A DNA stretch of 33,447 bases from NCBI GenBank assembly GCA_964644885.1, contig CAZXYG010000020.1:1-33447 (forward strand), written 5' to 3'. Positions 18,001 to 27,333 of the stretch are shown here, in pieces; the first letter of the stretch is position 1, and each line of letters opens with the position of its first letter. The DNA is from an uncultured Rickettsiales bacterium (GTDB lineage: Bacteria > Pseudomonadota > Alphaproteobacteria > Rickettsiales > JACKKO01). The notes beneath the pieces are model-generated. The model had not been told where the DNA came from and ran no database searches. It was given only the letters and a program-made list of their open reading frames with translations. Made by a program: the position numbers and the translations under genes.

Positions 18001-18955
18001 ATTCTGGAAAGGCCCGCGCGGTTGGCGTTCGGAGCTGCTCATGCCGTTCTCCATATTTCCCTTTCTTCTGAACCGCTTGCGCGATACATGGATAAAACCC
18101 GTGATGCTTTCCGTTCCGGTGGTGTGCGTTGGCAATGCCACGGCAGGCGGCGCAGGCAAAACGCCCGTCGCAATCGCCGTCGCATCGCTACTGAAAGAAA
18201 GCAAGGTGGCGTTTGCCTTTATAAGTCGTGGCTATAAAGGCAGACTCCACGGACCGGCGCTTGTGAATCCGGCCTTACATACCGCCGACGATGTCGGCGA
18301 CGAGCCGCTGCTGCTTGCGCGTCACGGTCCCTGCTGGATTGGCAAGAACCGCCTTGCAACAGCGCGCCGCGCCATTGCGGCAGGCGCCGCGCTCCTCATC
18401 CTTGATGACGGCCTGCAGGATCCTCGTCTTGAAAAAACGCTTTCTCTGCTCGTGATAGACGGCGCTTACGGTTTCGGCAACCGACTGCTGCTCCCTGCCG
18501 GTCCGCTCCGCGATCGCAAGGATCTCGCGTTTCACAAAGCCGACGCCGTGGTTATGATCGGCAAAGATGCACATAATCTGCTGAAAGATTGTCCCAAAAC
18601 ACTACCGGCGTTTCATGCTACATTACGTCCTGCATCGCCGGAAAACTTTACCCGTCAATCCTATGTTGCGTTTGCGGGTATTGGGCAGCCGAAGAAATTT
18701 TTTGATATGCTCGAAGCGCTTGGCGCCACGCTGGCACAAACCGCATCTTTCCCCGATCATCACCGCTACCGGAAAAAAGATCTGGTTTCTTTGCAACATC
18801 TGGCGAAAAAACACGGCGCGCGTCTGATTACTACGGAAAAAGACGCCGTTCGCCTTCCTTTGGATTTCCGGGAGAAAACGCTGACGCTTCAAGTCTCAAT
18901 CGCCTGGAAAACTCCCGGCAGCGTACGCAAACTCCTGAAAAAATTATGCCAATGA
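17984..18955 (+). CDS. lpxK: Tetraacyldisaccharide 4'-kinase
   Basis: MLRAPEFW... and the P-loop VCVGNATAGGAGKTP are present, plus ILDDGLQ. The chosen start, ATG 17984, overlaps the waaA end by 17 nt. The track start at 17864 is an in-gene extension. Confidence 0.88.
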   Translation: MLRAPEFWKGPRGWRSELLMPFSIFPFLLNRLRDTWIKPVMLSVPVVCVGNATAGGAGKTPVAIAVASLLKESKVAFAFISRGYKGRLHGPALVNPALHTADDVGDEPLLLARHGPCWIGKNRLATARRAIAAGAALLILDDGLQDPRLEKTLSLLVIDGAYGFGNRLLLPAGPLRDRKDLAFHKADAVVMIGKDAHNLLKDCPKTLPAFHATLRPASPENFTRQSYVAFAGIGQPKKFFDMLEALGATLAQTASFPDHHRYRKKDLVSLQHLAKKHGARLITTEKDAVRLPLDFREKTLTLQVSIAWKTPGSVRKLLKKLCQ

Positions 18956-19824
18956 CCATGCGGAAACGCCTGCGCTATGCGCTGGAAGCTGCCGTGGCAT
19001 GGCTGGCTTACGGATTCTTACGGCTGTTGCCTCTTCCCCTTGCTTCTTCTCTGGGCGGTATGCTAGGCCGCACATGCGGCGTACGCCTTAGCGTCACGCG
19101 CATCGCACGGCGCAATATTCAAAACGCACTGCCAGAGCTGTCCGCGGCAGAAACCGAACATGCTATTGCAGAAATGTGGGACAATCTAGGCCGCGTCATC
19201 GGGGAATTTCCTCATGTTCCACATCTTACCGGCGCGCGTTTCCGGCGGCATGTCACCGTGGAAGGAAAACACCATCTCGAACACGCGAAAAAGCAAGGCG
19301 TAGGGGGCATCCTGTTTTCCGGCCATTTTGCCAACTGGGAACTCCTGCCGCGCACGGCAACCGAATACGGCATGCCGCTAATCATCGTGTACCGTCCGCC
19401 CAATAATCCATGGGTGGATCGGCTTATCCGGCTCTCGCGCGGGCGGAGCCATGCCGGCATGTACGCCAAGGGCCTTTCCGCCGCCAAAGAGGTTTCCCGC
19501 GCGGTCAAGAAAGGCGGTTTCGCGGGAATGCTTGTGGATCAGAAGATGAATGACGGCATTCCCGTGCCTTTTTTCGGCCGGGATGCCATGACCGCTCCGG
19601 CGCTTGCCGAAATGGGCTTAAAATATGACGTGCCGCTCTTTCCCGTCCGCGTCATACGTACGGGAGGGCCGCATTTCAAGGTGATCGTCCTGCCCCCCCT
19701 GAAGCTGCGCGGAAAAACACCTCATGCCATAATGGCTGAAATAAACGCCCTATTCGAGCAATGGATTCGTGAATACCCCGCCCAGTGGTTCTGGCCCCAC
19801 AAGCGCTGGCCGCATCAGAGCTGA
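18946..19824 (+). CDS. Lipid A biosynthesis (lauroyl/myristoyl) acyltransferase, LpxL/HtrB family
   Basis: An N-terminal membrane anchor is present. The acyltransferase motif is ILFSGHFANWELLP. The length (292 aa) and the position after lpxK fit this family. The gene overlaps the lpxK end by 10 nt. Confidence 0.75.
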   Translation: MPMTMRKRLRYALEAAVAWLAYGFLRLLPLPLASSLGGMLGRTCGVRLSVTRIARRNIQNALPELSAAETEHAIAEMWDNLGRVIGEFPHVPHLTGARFRRHVTVEGKHHLEHAKKQGVGGILFSGHFANWELLPRTATEYGMPLIIVYRPPNNPWVDRLIRLSRGRSHAGMYAKGLSAAKEVSRAVKKGGFAGMLVDQKMNDGIPVPFFGRDAMTAPALAEMGLKYDVPLFPVRVIRTGGPHFKVIVLPPLKLRGKTPHAIMAEINALFEQWIREYPAQWFWPHKRWPHQS

Positions 19825-20195
19825 TATGTACCCGCGGACGGCATATCGCCGCCAAGCGCCGAGCCAGGCGTTTCAGGCCCAATATCAGTCGGTTTTTTAT
19901 TAAGGATGAAATGGGCAAGCTGCTTGGCCCGCCCTCTGCTCGCGCGATAAATGATGGAACGACCCTGTTTGTCCGCCTTAATCAAACCGGCAATCTTCAA
20001 TTGCGCCAAATGGAATGACATGGTGGTAGGAGGAATGCCTAACATTTGCGAGATAGTGCCCGCAGGCAGCCCACCCTGCGGACGGTACTCCATCAGCAAC
20101 AAGAAAATATCCAGGCGCGATTCTTGCGCCAGCGCGTCCAATGCCTGCAGCGCCTTCTTTTTTTTCAGTTGCTTCCTTTCTTTTTCTGCGTCCAT
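19815..20195 (-). CDS. ArsR/SmtB-family winged-helix transcriptional regulator
   Basis: ALDALAQESRLDIFLLLMEY...LPAGTISQMLGIPPTTMSFHLAQLKIAGLIKADKQGRSIIYRA is a typical HTH_20/ArsR core. No CxC metal site is visible in helix 3. Confidence 0.8.
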   Translation of the reverse strand: MDAEKERKQLKKKKALQALDALAQESRLDIFLLLMEYRPQGGLPAGTISQMLGIPPTTMSFHLAQLKIAGLIKADKQGRSIIYRASRGRAKQLAHFILNKKPTDIGPETPGSALGGDMPSAGTYQL

Positions 20196-20315
20196 ATTTC
20201 CATGATTATAAAAATCTTATCATTAAACACAAGGTACGATTTCCATCCGCAAAAACCCTATTGCATTTACCCCCCGTCCCCGCTAGGTTGCGGCTGCACA
20301 CGAGTGGAAAACCGG

Positions 20316-20400
20316 GCGGACGTGGCGGAACTGGCAGACGCGCCAGGTTTAGGTCCTGGTACCGAAAGGTGTGTGGGTTCAAGTCCCTCCGTCCGCACCA
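20316..20400 (+). tRNA. tRNA-Leu (anticodon UAG)
   Basis: I folded it by hand. The acceptor is GCGGACG/CGTCCGC, followed by an A discriminator and an encoded CCA. The anticodon stem is CCAGG/CCTGG with loop TTTAGGT. It has a long variable arm (taccgaaaggtgt) and a T-loop TTCAAGT. There is one U-U mismatch in the T stem. Confidence 0.9.
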
Positions 20401-20427
20401 GCCTTCGAGCTTCGGCTTGCCGAAGGC
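20401..20427 (+). terminator. Stable stem-loop abutting the tRNA-Leu 3' end (processing or termination hairpin, no U tract)
   Basis: GCCTTCGAGC-ttcg-GCTtgCGAAGGC forms a 7+3 bp stem with a 2-nt bulge and a UUCG tetraloop. It starts immediately after the CCA. Confidence 0.4.
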
Positions 20428-20518
20428 AGATTAAAGAGCGATGAAGCGTGGGTCGGAGCAAAGACTACCACGCCGAATGAAATGACAGGTGGGCTGGAGT
20501 ACGAAAAAAGGAAGCGCA

Positions 20519-21898
20519 ATGAATATACAGGTCAAGCAGACAAAATCGGAAAATCTCTCGCGGGAATATGCTGTGACCGTGGCGGCGGCGGCGGTTAACG
20601 ATCAAATAAAGAGGCGGCTTAGCGCCATTCAAAAAACTTTCAAAATGCCGGGTTTTCGTCCGGGTAAAGTTCCTTTCGATTTGGTGAAGAAGAGTCATGG
20701 CAAGTCCGTTATGGGAGAGGCGCTTGAAATCCTGGTGCGCGATTCCTCGGTGGAAGCGATGAAGAAAGAAGGCATTCGCCCGGCGCTTAAACCCGATATC
20801 AAAGTTGAAATCTTCGAGGAGGGAAAAGATCTTACCTACCGCATGTCGCTTGAGGTGCTGCCCGAAGCTCCGGTGGTGGATTTTTCCAACATTACCTTGG
20901 AGAAAGCGGAAACACAGGTCGCGGACAACGCGGTTGAGGAAACGCTGAAGCGGCTGTTGGAAGAACATAAGCACTACCACTTGCTTGAGCACGTGCGCCC
21001 GGCGAAAAAAACTGACCGTGCGGTGATTGACTTTACGGGTTATATGAACGACAAGCCGTTCGAGGGCGGCAAAGCGGAGCAATTTCCTTTGGTGCTTGGC
21101 GGCGGGCACTTCATCGCGGGGTTTGAGGAGCAGATCATCGGCATGCGCGCCGGGGAGAAAAAGCGCATAAAAGTGACCTTTCCCGAACAATACCACAAGC
21201 AGGACATGGCTGGGAAGCCTGCCGAATTCGACGTGATGCTCCATGAGATTCATGAGGAGCACGCACAAGAGGCGCCGGATGATCACTTTGCGCAGCATGC
21301 GGGTTTCAAAGATGTGGGGGATATGCGAAAAGTCATCTGCGAAAACCTGGAGCGCGAAATGAAAGAACAGGCGCGGCTTGATATGAAAAAGCAGCTTTTT
21401 GACCGACTTGACGAGAGCTACGACTTTCCGGTCCCCGCAAAAATGGTGGAAATGGAGTTTGCTTCAATATGGCGGCAGGTGCAGCAAGCAAAAAATAAAA
21501 ATCCGGAAGGCGATGAATTCAAGGGTAAATCCGATAAAGAACTGGAAAAGGAATATCGTCGTATGGCCGAGCGGCGGGTGCGGCTTGGCATATTGCTCTC
21601 GGACATCGGTGGCAAGCATGCGATCGACGTCACTAACGAAGAGCTCTCGCGCGCCGTAGTGGAGCAGGCACGCCAGTTTCCAGGACAGGAAAACAAGATC
21701 TTTGATTTTTTCCGTAAGAATCCAAGCCACATAGAAGAGCTTCGCGGTCCGATTCTGGAGGAGAAGGTTGTGGATTTCATCCTAGGCAAAGTGACAACCG
21801 CCGTAAAAAAAGCCACACCGGCAGAGAATGACGGCGCGGATGTGAAAAAAGAAAAAAATACTAAGCCCAAGGCCAAGAAAGCGTCTAAAAAGACATAA
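20519..21898 (+). CDS. tig: Trigger factor (ribosome-associated chaperone / PPIase)
   Basis: The N-terminus is [21 protein letters not shown]. The ribosome-binding signature GFRPGKVP and an FKBP-like middle domain ([19 protein letters not shown]) are present. The SD AGGAAG precedes ATG 20519. The gene sits upstream of clpP-clpX-lon. Confidence 0.92.
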   Translation: MNIQVKQTKSENLSREYAVTVAAAAVNDQIKRRLSAIQKTFKMPGFRPGKVPFDLVKKSHGKSVMGEALEILVRDSSVEAMKKEGIRPALKPDIKVEIFEEGKDLTYRMSLEVLPEAPVVDFSNITLEKAETQVADNAVEETLKRLLEEHKHYHLLEHVRPAKKTDRAVIDFTGYMNDKPFEGGKAEQFPLVLGGGHFIAGFEEQIIGMRAGEKKRIKVTFPEQYHKQDMAGKPAEFDVMLHEIHEEHAQEAPDDHFAQHAGFKDVGDMRKVICENLEREMKEQARLDMKKQLFDRLDESYDFPVPAKMVEMEFASIWRQVQQAKNKNPEGDEFKGKSDKELEKEYRRMAERRVRLGILLSDIGGKHAIDVTNEELSRAVVEQARQFPGQENKIFDFFRKNPSHIEELRGPILEEKVVDFILGKVTTAVKKATPAENDGADVKKEKNTKPKAKKASKKT

Positions 21899-21924
21899 CT
21901 ATCAATCAACCAGGAAGCAGCGCG

Positions 21925-22572
21925 ATGGCAGAAGACACAATTCTTGAGAGATATACCGGCACTCTGGTGCCCATGGTGGTGGAGCAGACGGGTCGAGGCG
22001 AGCGCGCTTACGATATTTATTCCCGCCTCTTGAAAGAGCGCATTATCTTCATCAGCGGTCCGGTGGAGGATCACATGGCCACGCTTGTGGTAGCGCAGCT
22101 TCTGTTCCTCGAAGCCGAAAACCCGGACAAGGACATCTACATGTACATTAATTCACCGGGCGGCGTGGTGACTTCGGGGCTTTCGATCTATGACACCATG
22201 CAATATGTCCGGCCCAAAGTGTCGACATTGTGCATCGGCCAAGCGGCAAGCATGGGTTCGCTACTGCTGACTGCCGGCGAGCAGGGAATGCGTTTTGCCT
22301 TGCCGAATGCGCGCATCATGATCCACCAGCCCTCGGGAGGCGCGCATGGCCAAGCCACGGATATCGAGATCCAGGCACAGGAAATCATCAATCTCAAGAA
22401 ACGGCTCAATGATTTGTATGTCAAACATACCGGCCAAAAACTGGGGCGCATCCAGACCGTCATGGAGCGTGATTATTTCATGAACCCAAAGGAAGCAAGG
22501 GATTTCGGATTGATCGATGCGGTGCTAGAAAAGCGTCCGATCGAGGATGCAGCGGAATCCAAGAATAAATAA
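21925..22572 (+). CDS. clpP: ATP-dependent Clp protease proteolytic subunit
   Basis: [28 protein letters not shown] is present. The catalytic Ser context is GQAASMGS and the His context is IMIHQPSGG. Confidence 0.96.
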   Translation: MAEDTILERYTGTLVPMVVEQTGRGERAYDIYSRLLKERIIFISGPVEDHMATLVVAQLLFLEAENPDKDIYMYINSPGGVVTSGLSIYDTMQYVRPKVSTLCIGQAASMGSLLLTAGEQGMRFALPNARIMIHQPSGGAHGQATDIEIQAQEIINLKKRLNDLYVKHTGQKLGRIQTVMERDYFMNPKEARDFGLIDAVLEKRPIEDAAESKNK

Positions 22573-22657
22573 CCCCGTGGTATATTTATTTTATCCTTTG
22601 CGATTCAGGCAGGACGTTATAAGCTCGCACTCAGGCATAACGACGTAAGGCGCAAGT

Positions 22658-23971
22658 ATGGCGGAAACGGGCGACCCAGGCAGTTCGGATAATACACTCT
22701 ACTGTTCGTTCTGCGGCAAAAGCCAGCATGAGGTGAAAAAGCTGATTGCCGGCCCGACCGTGTTCATTTGCAATGAGTGCGTTGAGTTGTGCGTGGATAT
22801 TATCCGTGAGGAAGCCCGCTCGCCGCTGGTCAAGGAAGGCGACGGAGCCGTACCCAAGCCGAAAGAGATCCGCACCGTGCTCGATGACTATGTGATCGGG
22901 CAGGACGACGCCAAGCGCATCCTTGCTGTTGCGGTGCATAATCACTACAAGCGCGTCGCCCATATGGAAAAGGGCGGCGAGCCGGAACTGGCGAAATCCA
23001 ATATCTTGCTGATCGGCCCCACCGGCTGCGGCAAAACCTTGCTCGCGCAAACGCTGGCGCGCATCTTGGATGTGCCCTTCACGATGGCGGACGCTACCAC
23101 GCTTACGGAGGCGGGCTATGTCGGCGAGGATGTGGAAAATATTATCCTGCGCCTGCTTCAGGCGGCGGATTACAACGTCGAGCGCGCTCAGCGCGGCATC
23201 GTATATCTCGACGAAGTGGACAAGATTTCACGCAAGTCAGAAAACCCCTCCATTACGCGCGATGTTTCCGGCGAAGGGGTTCAGCAGGCGCTTCTCAAAA
23301 TCATGGAGGGTACAGTGGCCTCGGTGCCGCCGCAGGGTGGCCGCAAACATCCGCAGCAGGAATTTCTTCAGGTGGACACGTCCAATATATTGTTTATCTG
23401 CGGCGGCGCATTCTCAGGCATAGAAAAAACCATTGCCACGCGCGAGCGCGGCAGCGGCATAGGTTTCGGCGCGGACGTACGCAGCAAAGAGAATTTACGA
23501 GTCGGTGTGCTGCTCAAGCGGCTGCAGCCGGAAGATCTCATCAAGTACGGGCTGATCCCGGAGTTTGTTGGTCGCCTGCCCGTGGTAGCAACGCTTGAAG
23601 ACCTTGATGAAACAGCGCTGATACAGATTCTCACCGCGCCGAAAAATGCTCTAGTCAAGCAGTATGCCAAGCTGTTTGATATGGAAAACGTGGAGCTTAA
23701 ATTTTCCGAAAACGCACTCAAGGCGATTGCCAAGAAAGCTATTGAACGTAAGACCGGTGCACGTGGTCTGCGAGCAATTCTGGAAGAAACATTACTCGAT
23801 CTCATGTATGAAATCCCCAGCCTGGGCGATGTCGAATCGGTCACCATCACCGAGAAAGTAGTGGAAAGCGGCGCAAAGCCCCTCGTCACTCATATCCAAG
23901 AAGGGAAGAAAAAGGCTCCCGCCCGCAAACCAACGGACGGCGGCGCCAAATCGGCTGGCGGAAGCAGTTAA
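22658..23971 (+). CDS. clpX: ATP-dependent Clp protease ATP-binding subunit ClpX
   Basis: The zinc ribbon is [30 protein letters not shown]. Walker A is GPTGCGKT and Walker B is [10 protein letters not shown] short basic, Gly-rich C-terminal tail is present. Confidence 0.96.
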   Translation: MAETGDPGSSDNTLYCSFCGKSQHEVKKLIAGPTVFICNECVELCVDIIREEARSPLVKEGDGAVPKPKEIRTVLDDYVIGQDDAKRILAVAVHNHYKRVAHMEKGGEPELAKSNILLIGPTGCGKTLLAQTLARILDVPFTMADATTLTEAGYVGEDVENIILRLLQAADYNVERAQRGIVYLDEVDKISRKSENPSITRDVSGEGVQQALLKIMEGTVASVPPQGGRKHPQQEFLQVDTSNILFICGGAFSGIEKTIATRERGSGIGFGADVRSKENLRVGVLLKRLQPEDLIKYGLIPEFVGRLPVVATLEDLDETALIQILTAPKNALVKQYAKLFDMENVELKFSENALKAIAKKAIERKTGARGLRAILEETLLDLMYEIPSLGDVESVTITEKVVESGAKPLVTHIQEGKKKAPARKPTDGGAKSAGGSS

Positions 23972-24024
23972 GCGCCACTCCGTCCATCAGGCGGCGGCTC
24001 CATTCGCGCAATATGCCGTAACGG

Positions 24025-24054
24025 CTTGAATGTGCCTCAGTTTATCCCCATATA
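24025..24054 (+). promoter_or_regulatory. RpoH (sigma32) heat-shock promoter for lon: CTTGAA-N15-CCCCATATA
   Basis: CTTGAA lies at 24025..24030 and CCCCATATA at 24046..24054. Both match the sigma32 consensus (CTTGAA / CCCCATnT) and lie just upstream of lon, a classical RpoH regulon member. Confidence 0.6.
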
Positions 24055-24093
24055 TAATACTGGATGGACGTAGCGCCGTCTGTTATAGTTACA

Positions 24094-26505
24094 ATGCTGG
24101 CCATGCACACTGCACCAACTAAGCTCTATCCTGTTCTGCCGCTTCGGGACATTGTTGTGTTCCCAGGCATGATCGTTCCTCTATTCGTTGGCCGCGATAA
24201 ATCCATTCACGCCATTGAGGAAGTGTCGCGTCACGATGGCAGGATTTTGCTCGCCACTCAGAAAAATGCCTCCGATGACGAACCCGGCACCGAGGATATC
24301 TATCGCATCGGCATGCTGGCCAATATCCTGCAATTGCTGAAACTGCCGGATGGAACGGTGAAGGTTCTGGTTGAAGGTTATCAGCGCGTGCGCGTTCTGT
24401 GTTTCGTCGAAAATCCCGCGTTCTTCCAGGCCGAAGCGGAAATGCTTATGGATATGAGCGGCGAGCCAAACGAAATCGAAGCGCTGGGCCGCTCCATCAT
24501 CAAGCAGTTTGAGGAATATCTCAAGCTTAACAAGAAAGTGCCGCCGGAGATCCTCAGCACGATCAGTCAGATCGCCGACCCCGGAAGATTAGCGGATACC
24601 GTCGCTTCGCATCTTACGCTCAAAATTCCTGATAAGCAGAAGCTCTTGGAAACGCAAAGCATCGGCAAGCGGTTGGAGTTGCTGTTCAGTCTGATGGAAG
24701 CGGAGATCAGCGTACTCAACACCGAGCGCCGCATCCGCTCTCGCGTCAAGCGCCAGATGGAAAAAACCCAGAAGGAATATTATTTAAACGAGCAGATGAA
24801 GGCCATCCAGAAAGAGCTGGGTGATGCCGGCGAAGGCATCGACGAAGTCAATGAACTCGAGGCGCGGATCAAAAAAACGAGGCTTTCCAAAGAAGCGAGA
24901 GAGAAAGCCAAGAGCGAGATCAAGAAGCTGCGCATGATGAGTCCGATGTCCGCCGAATCCACGGTCGTGCGCAATTATCTCGATTGGCTTTTTTCCATCC
25001 CCTGGAAAAAGCGGACGCGCATCAAGTCCGATATCATGCTGGCGGAGCAAGTGCTGAACGAGGATCATTACGGCCTGGAGAAAATTAAGGAGCGCATCGT
25101 GGAGCATCTCGCGGTGCAGCAGCGCACGCGCCACCTGAAAGGGCAAATACTGTGCTTTGTCGGCCCGCCGGGCGTAGGTAAAACTTCGCTGGCGCAATCG
25201 ATCGCGCGAGCCACGGGCCGTAATTTTGCGCGGATCGCGCTAGGCGGCGTGCGTGACGAAGCGGAAATACGCGGCCATCGCCGCACTTATATCGGCTCGA
25301 TGCCGGGAAAAATTCTGCAATCCATGAAGAAAGCCGGCTCTTCCAATCCGCTCATGCTTCTCGACGAAGTGGATAAGCTCGGCCAAGATTTCCGTGGAGA
25401 TCCGGCATCAGCTTTGCTGGAAGTTCTGGATTCCGAACAAAATCATGCTTTCAACGATCATTATCTGGAAGTGGATTACGATCTTTCCGAGGTGATGTTC
25501 ATCGCCACGGCCAATACCATGCAAATACCACCGCCGCTTTTGGATCGCATGGAGGTCATTCGCCTTTCCGGCTATACCGAGGACGAGAAAGTCGAGATTG
25601 CAAAACGTCACCTGATTCCCAAGCAGGCGACGAGCCATGGTCTTAAGGATGAAGAATGGTCTATTCCCGAAGATGCTTTGCGCAATCTTATACGCTACTA
25701 CACACGCGAATCCGGTGTGCGTAATCTGGAGCGGGAAATCGCCAAGCTCGCGCGCAAATGCGTGACCGAAATCCTCAAGGAACGGCATAAAACGGTCAGC
25801 ATCACGTCAAAAAATATAAAAAATTATCTGGGTGTTCGGAAATATGATTTCGGTGAAGTGGATAAAGATGACCGTATCGGCGTCACCACAGGCCTTGCCT
25901 ATACCCAAGTGGGCGGCGACCTGCTGCCTATCGAGGCCGTGCTCATTCCAGGCGGCAAGGGAAAAATCACGCTGACCGGAAAACTCGGCGATGTCATGCA
26001 AGAATCAGCGCAAGCAGCATGGAGTTACGTACGTTCACGCGCGGCGGAATTCGGCATTCCATTCGATGTCTATCAGAAAAATGATATACACATTCACGTT
26101 CCGGAGGGCGCAACGCCCAAGGATGGCCCCTCGGCCGGCGCGGCGATTTGCACGTCGATCGTATCGGCGATGACGCGCAATCCGGTGCGGCGGACCGTGG
26201 CCATGACCGGCGAGATAAGCCTGCGCGGCATGGTGATGCCGATTGGCGGCTTGAAGGAGAAGTTGCTCGCGGCATTGCGGGGGGGGATTCTGACCGTGCT
26301 TATACCGGAAAAGAATGTAAAAGACTTGGAGGAAATACCGGACAATGTCAAAAAAGGCCTTACGATCGTGCCTGTTTCAACGATCGATGAGGCGCTAAAG
26401 GCTACGCTCATGCATCCGCTTGTCCCGCTGCAATGGGAACCCATGAAGGAAAGCCTGCCGGCAGCCTCTTCCGCGGAAGGTGCGGAAGAAGTTATTACCC
26501 ATTGA
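24094..26505 (+). CDS. lon: ATP-dependent Lon protease
   Basis: The motifs are YPVLPLRDIVVFPGMIVPLFVGR, Walker A GPPGVGKTS, and the catalytic Ser context PKDGPSAG. The start is ambiguous: ATG 24064, 24094 or 24103. I prefer 24094 because the predicted sigma32 transcription start (about 24061) leaves no leader for 24064. Confidence 0.95.
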   Translation: MLAMHTAPTKLYPVLPLRDIVVFPGMIVPLFVGRDKSIHAIEEVSRHDGRILLATQKNASDDEPGTEDIYRIGMLANILQLLKLPDGTVKVLVEGYQRVRVLCFVENPAFFQAEAEMLMDMSGEPNEIEALGRSIIKQFEEYLKLNKKVPPEILSTISQIADPGRLADTVASHLTLKIPDKQKLLETQSIGKRLELLFSLMEAEISVLNTERRIRSRVKRQMEKTQKEYYLNEQMKAIQKELGDAGEGIDEVNELEARIKKTRLSKEAREKAKSEIKKLRMMSPMSAESTVVRNYLDWLFSIPWKKRTRIKSDIMLAEQVLNEDHYGLEKIKERIVEHLAVQQRTRHLKGQILCFVGPPGVGKTSLAQSIARATGRNFARIALGGVRDEAEIRGHRRTYIGSMPGKILQSMKKAGSSNPLMLLDEVDKLGQDFRGDPASALLEVLDSEQNHAFNDHYLEVDYDLSEVMFIATANTMQIPPPLLDRMEVIRLSGYTEDEKVEIAKRHLIPKQATSHGLKDEEWSIPEDALRNLIRYYTRESGVRNLEREIAKLARKCVTEILKERHKTVSITSKNIKNYLGVRKYDFGEVDKDDRIGVTTGLAYTQVGGDLLPIEAVLIPGGKGKITLTGKLGDVMQESAQAAWSYVRSRAAEFGIPFDVYQKNDIHIHVPEGATPKDGPSAGAAICTSIVSAMTRNPVRRTVAMTGEISLRGMVMPIGGLKEKLLAALRGGILTVLIPEKNVKDLEEIPDNVKKGLTIVPVSTIDEALKATLMHPLVPLQWEPMKESLPAASSAEGAEEVITH

Positions 26506-26725
26506 TTTTCCCATCTTTTCGTTCTGCCCTCTAAAAAACCCTGTTTTTTTGCGCTTTTCCGCGATTTTTTTGCTTGTCTTTTGTTGCGATTGATGCTTGG
26601 ATAGCGCCCGCAGCCTCGAAAAATTTCTATGGCCTCATGAAACAAAGGCAGAGCTTGCTTTTGCGGAGGTTAAGAAAAATTTCTCGAGGGGCGTTGTGTG
26701 TAACTACTAACAAGGGAGTGTTAAC

Positions 26726-26998
26726 GTGAATAAGAACGAACTGATTGAACAGGTCGCTAACAAGACCAAGAGCACGAAGGCTCAGGCCGCTCGTGCAGTC
26801 GATGCCGTTTTCGATTCGATCTCGGCGCAACTGAAGAAAGGCGGTCAGGTTCGCCTGGTTAACTTCGGCACCTTCCTGGTTGCCAAGCGGAAAGCCACTA
26901 CAGGCCGTAACCCCCGCACCGGCGCGCCAATCAAGATTCCGGCCTCCAAGCAACCAAAGTTTCGCGCCGGCAAACAGCTGAAAGAAGCGGTAAACTAG
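26726..26998 (+). CDS. hup: HU-family nucleoid-associated DNA-binding protein
   Basis: MNKNELIEQVA...FGTFLVAKRKATTGRNPRTGAPIKIPASKQPKFRAGKQLKEAV is a canonical 90-aa HU. GTG start with SD AAGGGAG 7 nt upstream. Confidence 0.95.
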   Translation: MNKNELIEQVANKTKSTKAQAARAVDAVFDSISAQLKKGGQVRLVNFGTFLVAKRKATTGRNPRTGAPIKIPASKQPKFRAGKQLKEAVN

Positions 26999-27057
26999 TT
27001 TTACTCTCTCTTCGGCAGCCTCCTGCCGAGGCAGGGGGATCTGTGCGAAACGATAAA

Positions 27058-27093
27058 ACGGGTGGCCTTGCAAAAGGCTGCCCGTTATTTTTT
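27058..27093 (+). terminator. Rho-independent terminator of hup
   Basis: ACGGGTGGCCTT-gcaa-AAGGCTGCCCGT forms a 12-bp stem including two G-U pairs, followed by TATTTTTTC. A second hairpin without a U tract lies at 27010..27031 (CTTCGGCAG-cctc-CTGCCGAGG). Confidence 0.75.
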
Positions 27094-27150
27094 CTTTAAG
27101 TTTCCTTTGCTGCTTGTATCGTGTTTTCCCTCTATCGCCATTCCGGATAT

Positions 27151-27226
27151 GGGCGGTTAGCTCAGTTGGTAGAGCGCCTGGTTTACACCCAGTAGGTCGG
27201 CGGTTCGAGCCCGTCACCGCCCACCA
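27151..27226 (+). tRNA. tRNA-Val (anticodon UAC)
   Basis: I folded it by hand. The acceptor is GGGCGGT/ACCGCCC, followed by A and an encoded CCA. The D arm is GCTC-AGTTGGTA-GAGC. The anticodon loop is TTTACAC and the T-loop is TTCGAGC. Confidence 0.93.
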
Positions 27227-27333
27227 TATAAATCAGAAAATACTATAAATCCAAAAAATTTCACATTGTTAACTATTTATTAATTATTCTCTGCTATTTT
27301 TTCTGCATCCATAACCAAGCCGAGGAGCGTTTA

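Noticed and set aside
26506-26600. The T-rich stretch after lon (..aaaaaaccctgttttttt.. and gcgattttttt), considered as a lon terminator.
   Set aside because: I could not find a convincing GC-rich stem preceding the T runs; there are only A/T pairing and 3-bp stems. It is left unannotated.
26627-27217. A 196-aa minus-strand ORF spanning hup, its terminator and tRNA-Val.
   Set aside because: It begins inside the tRNA (MTGSNRRPTGCKPGALPTELTAH is the usual antisense-tRNA translation) and runs antisense to hup. It has no coding features.
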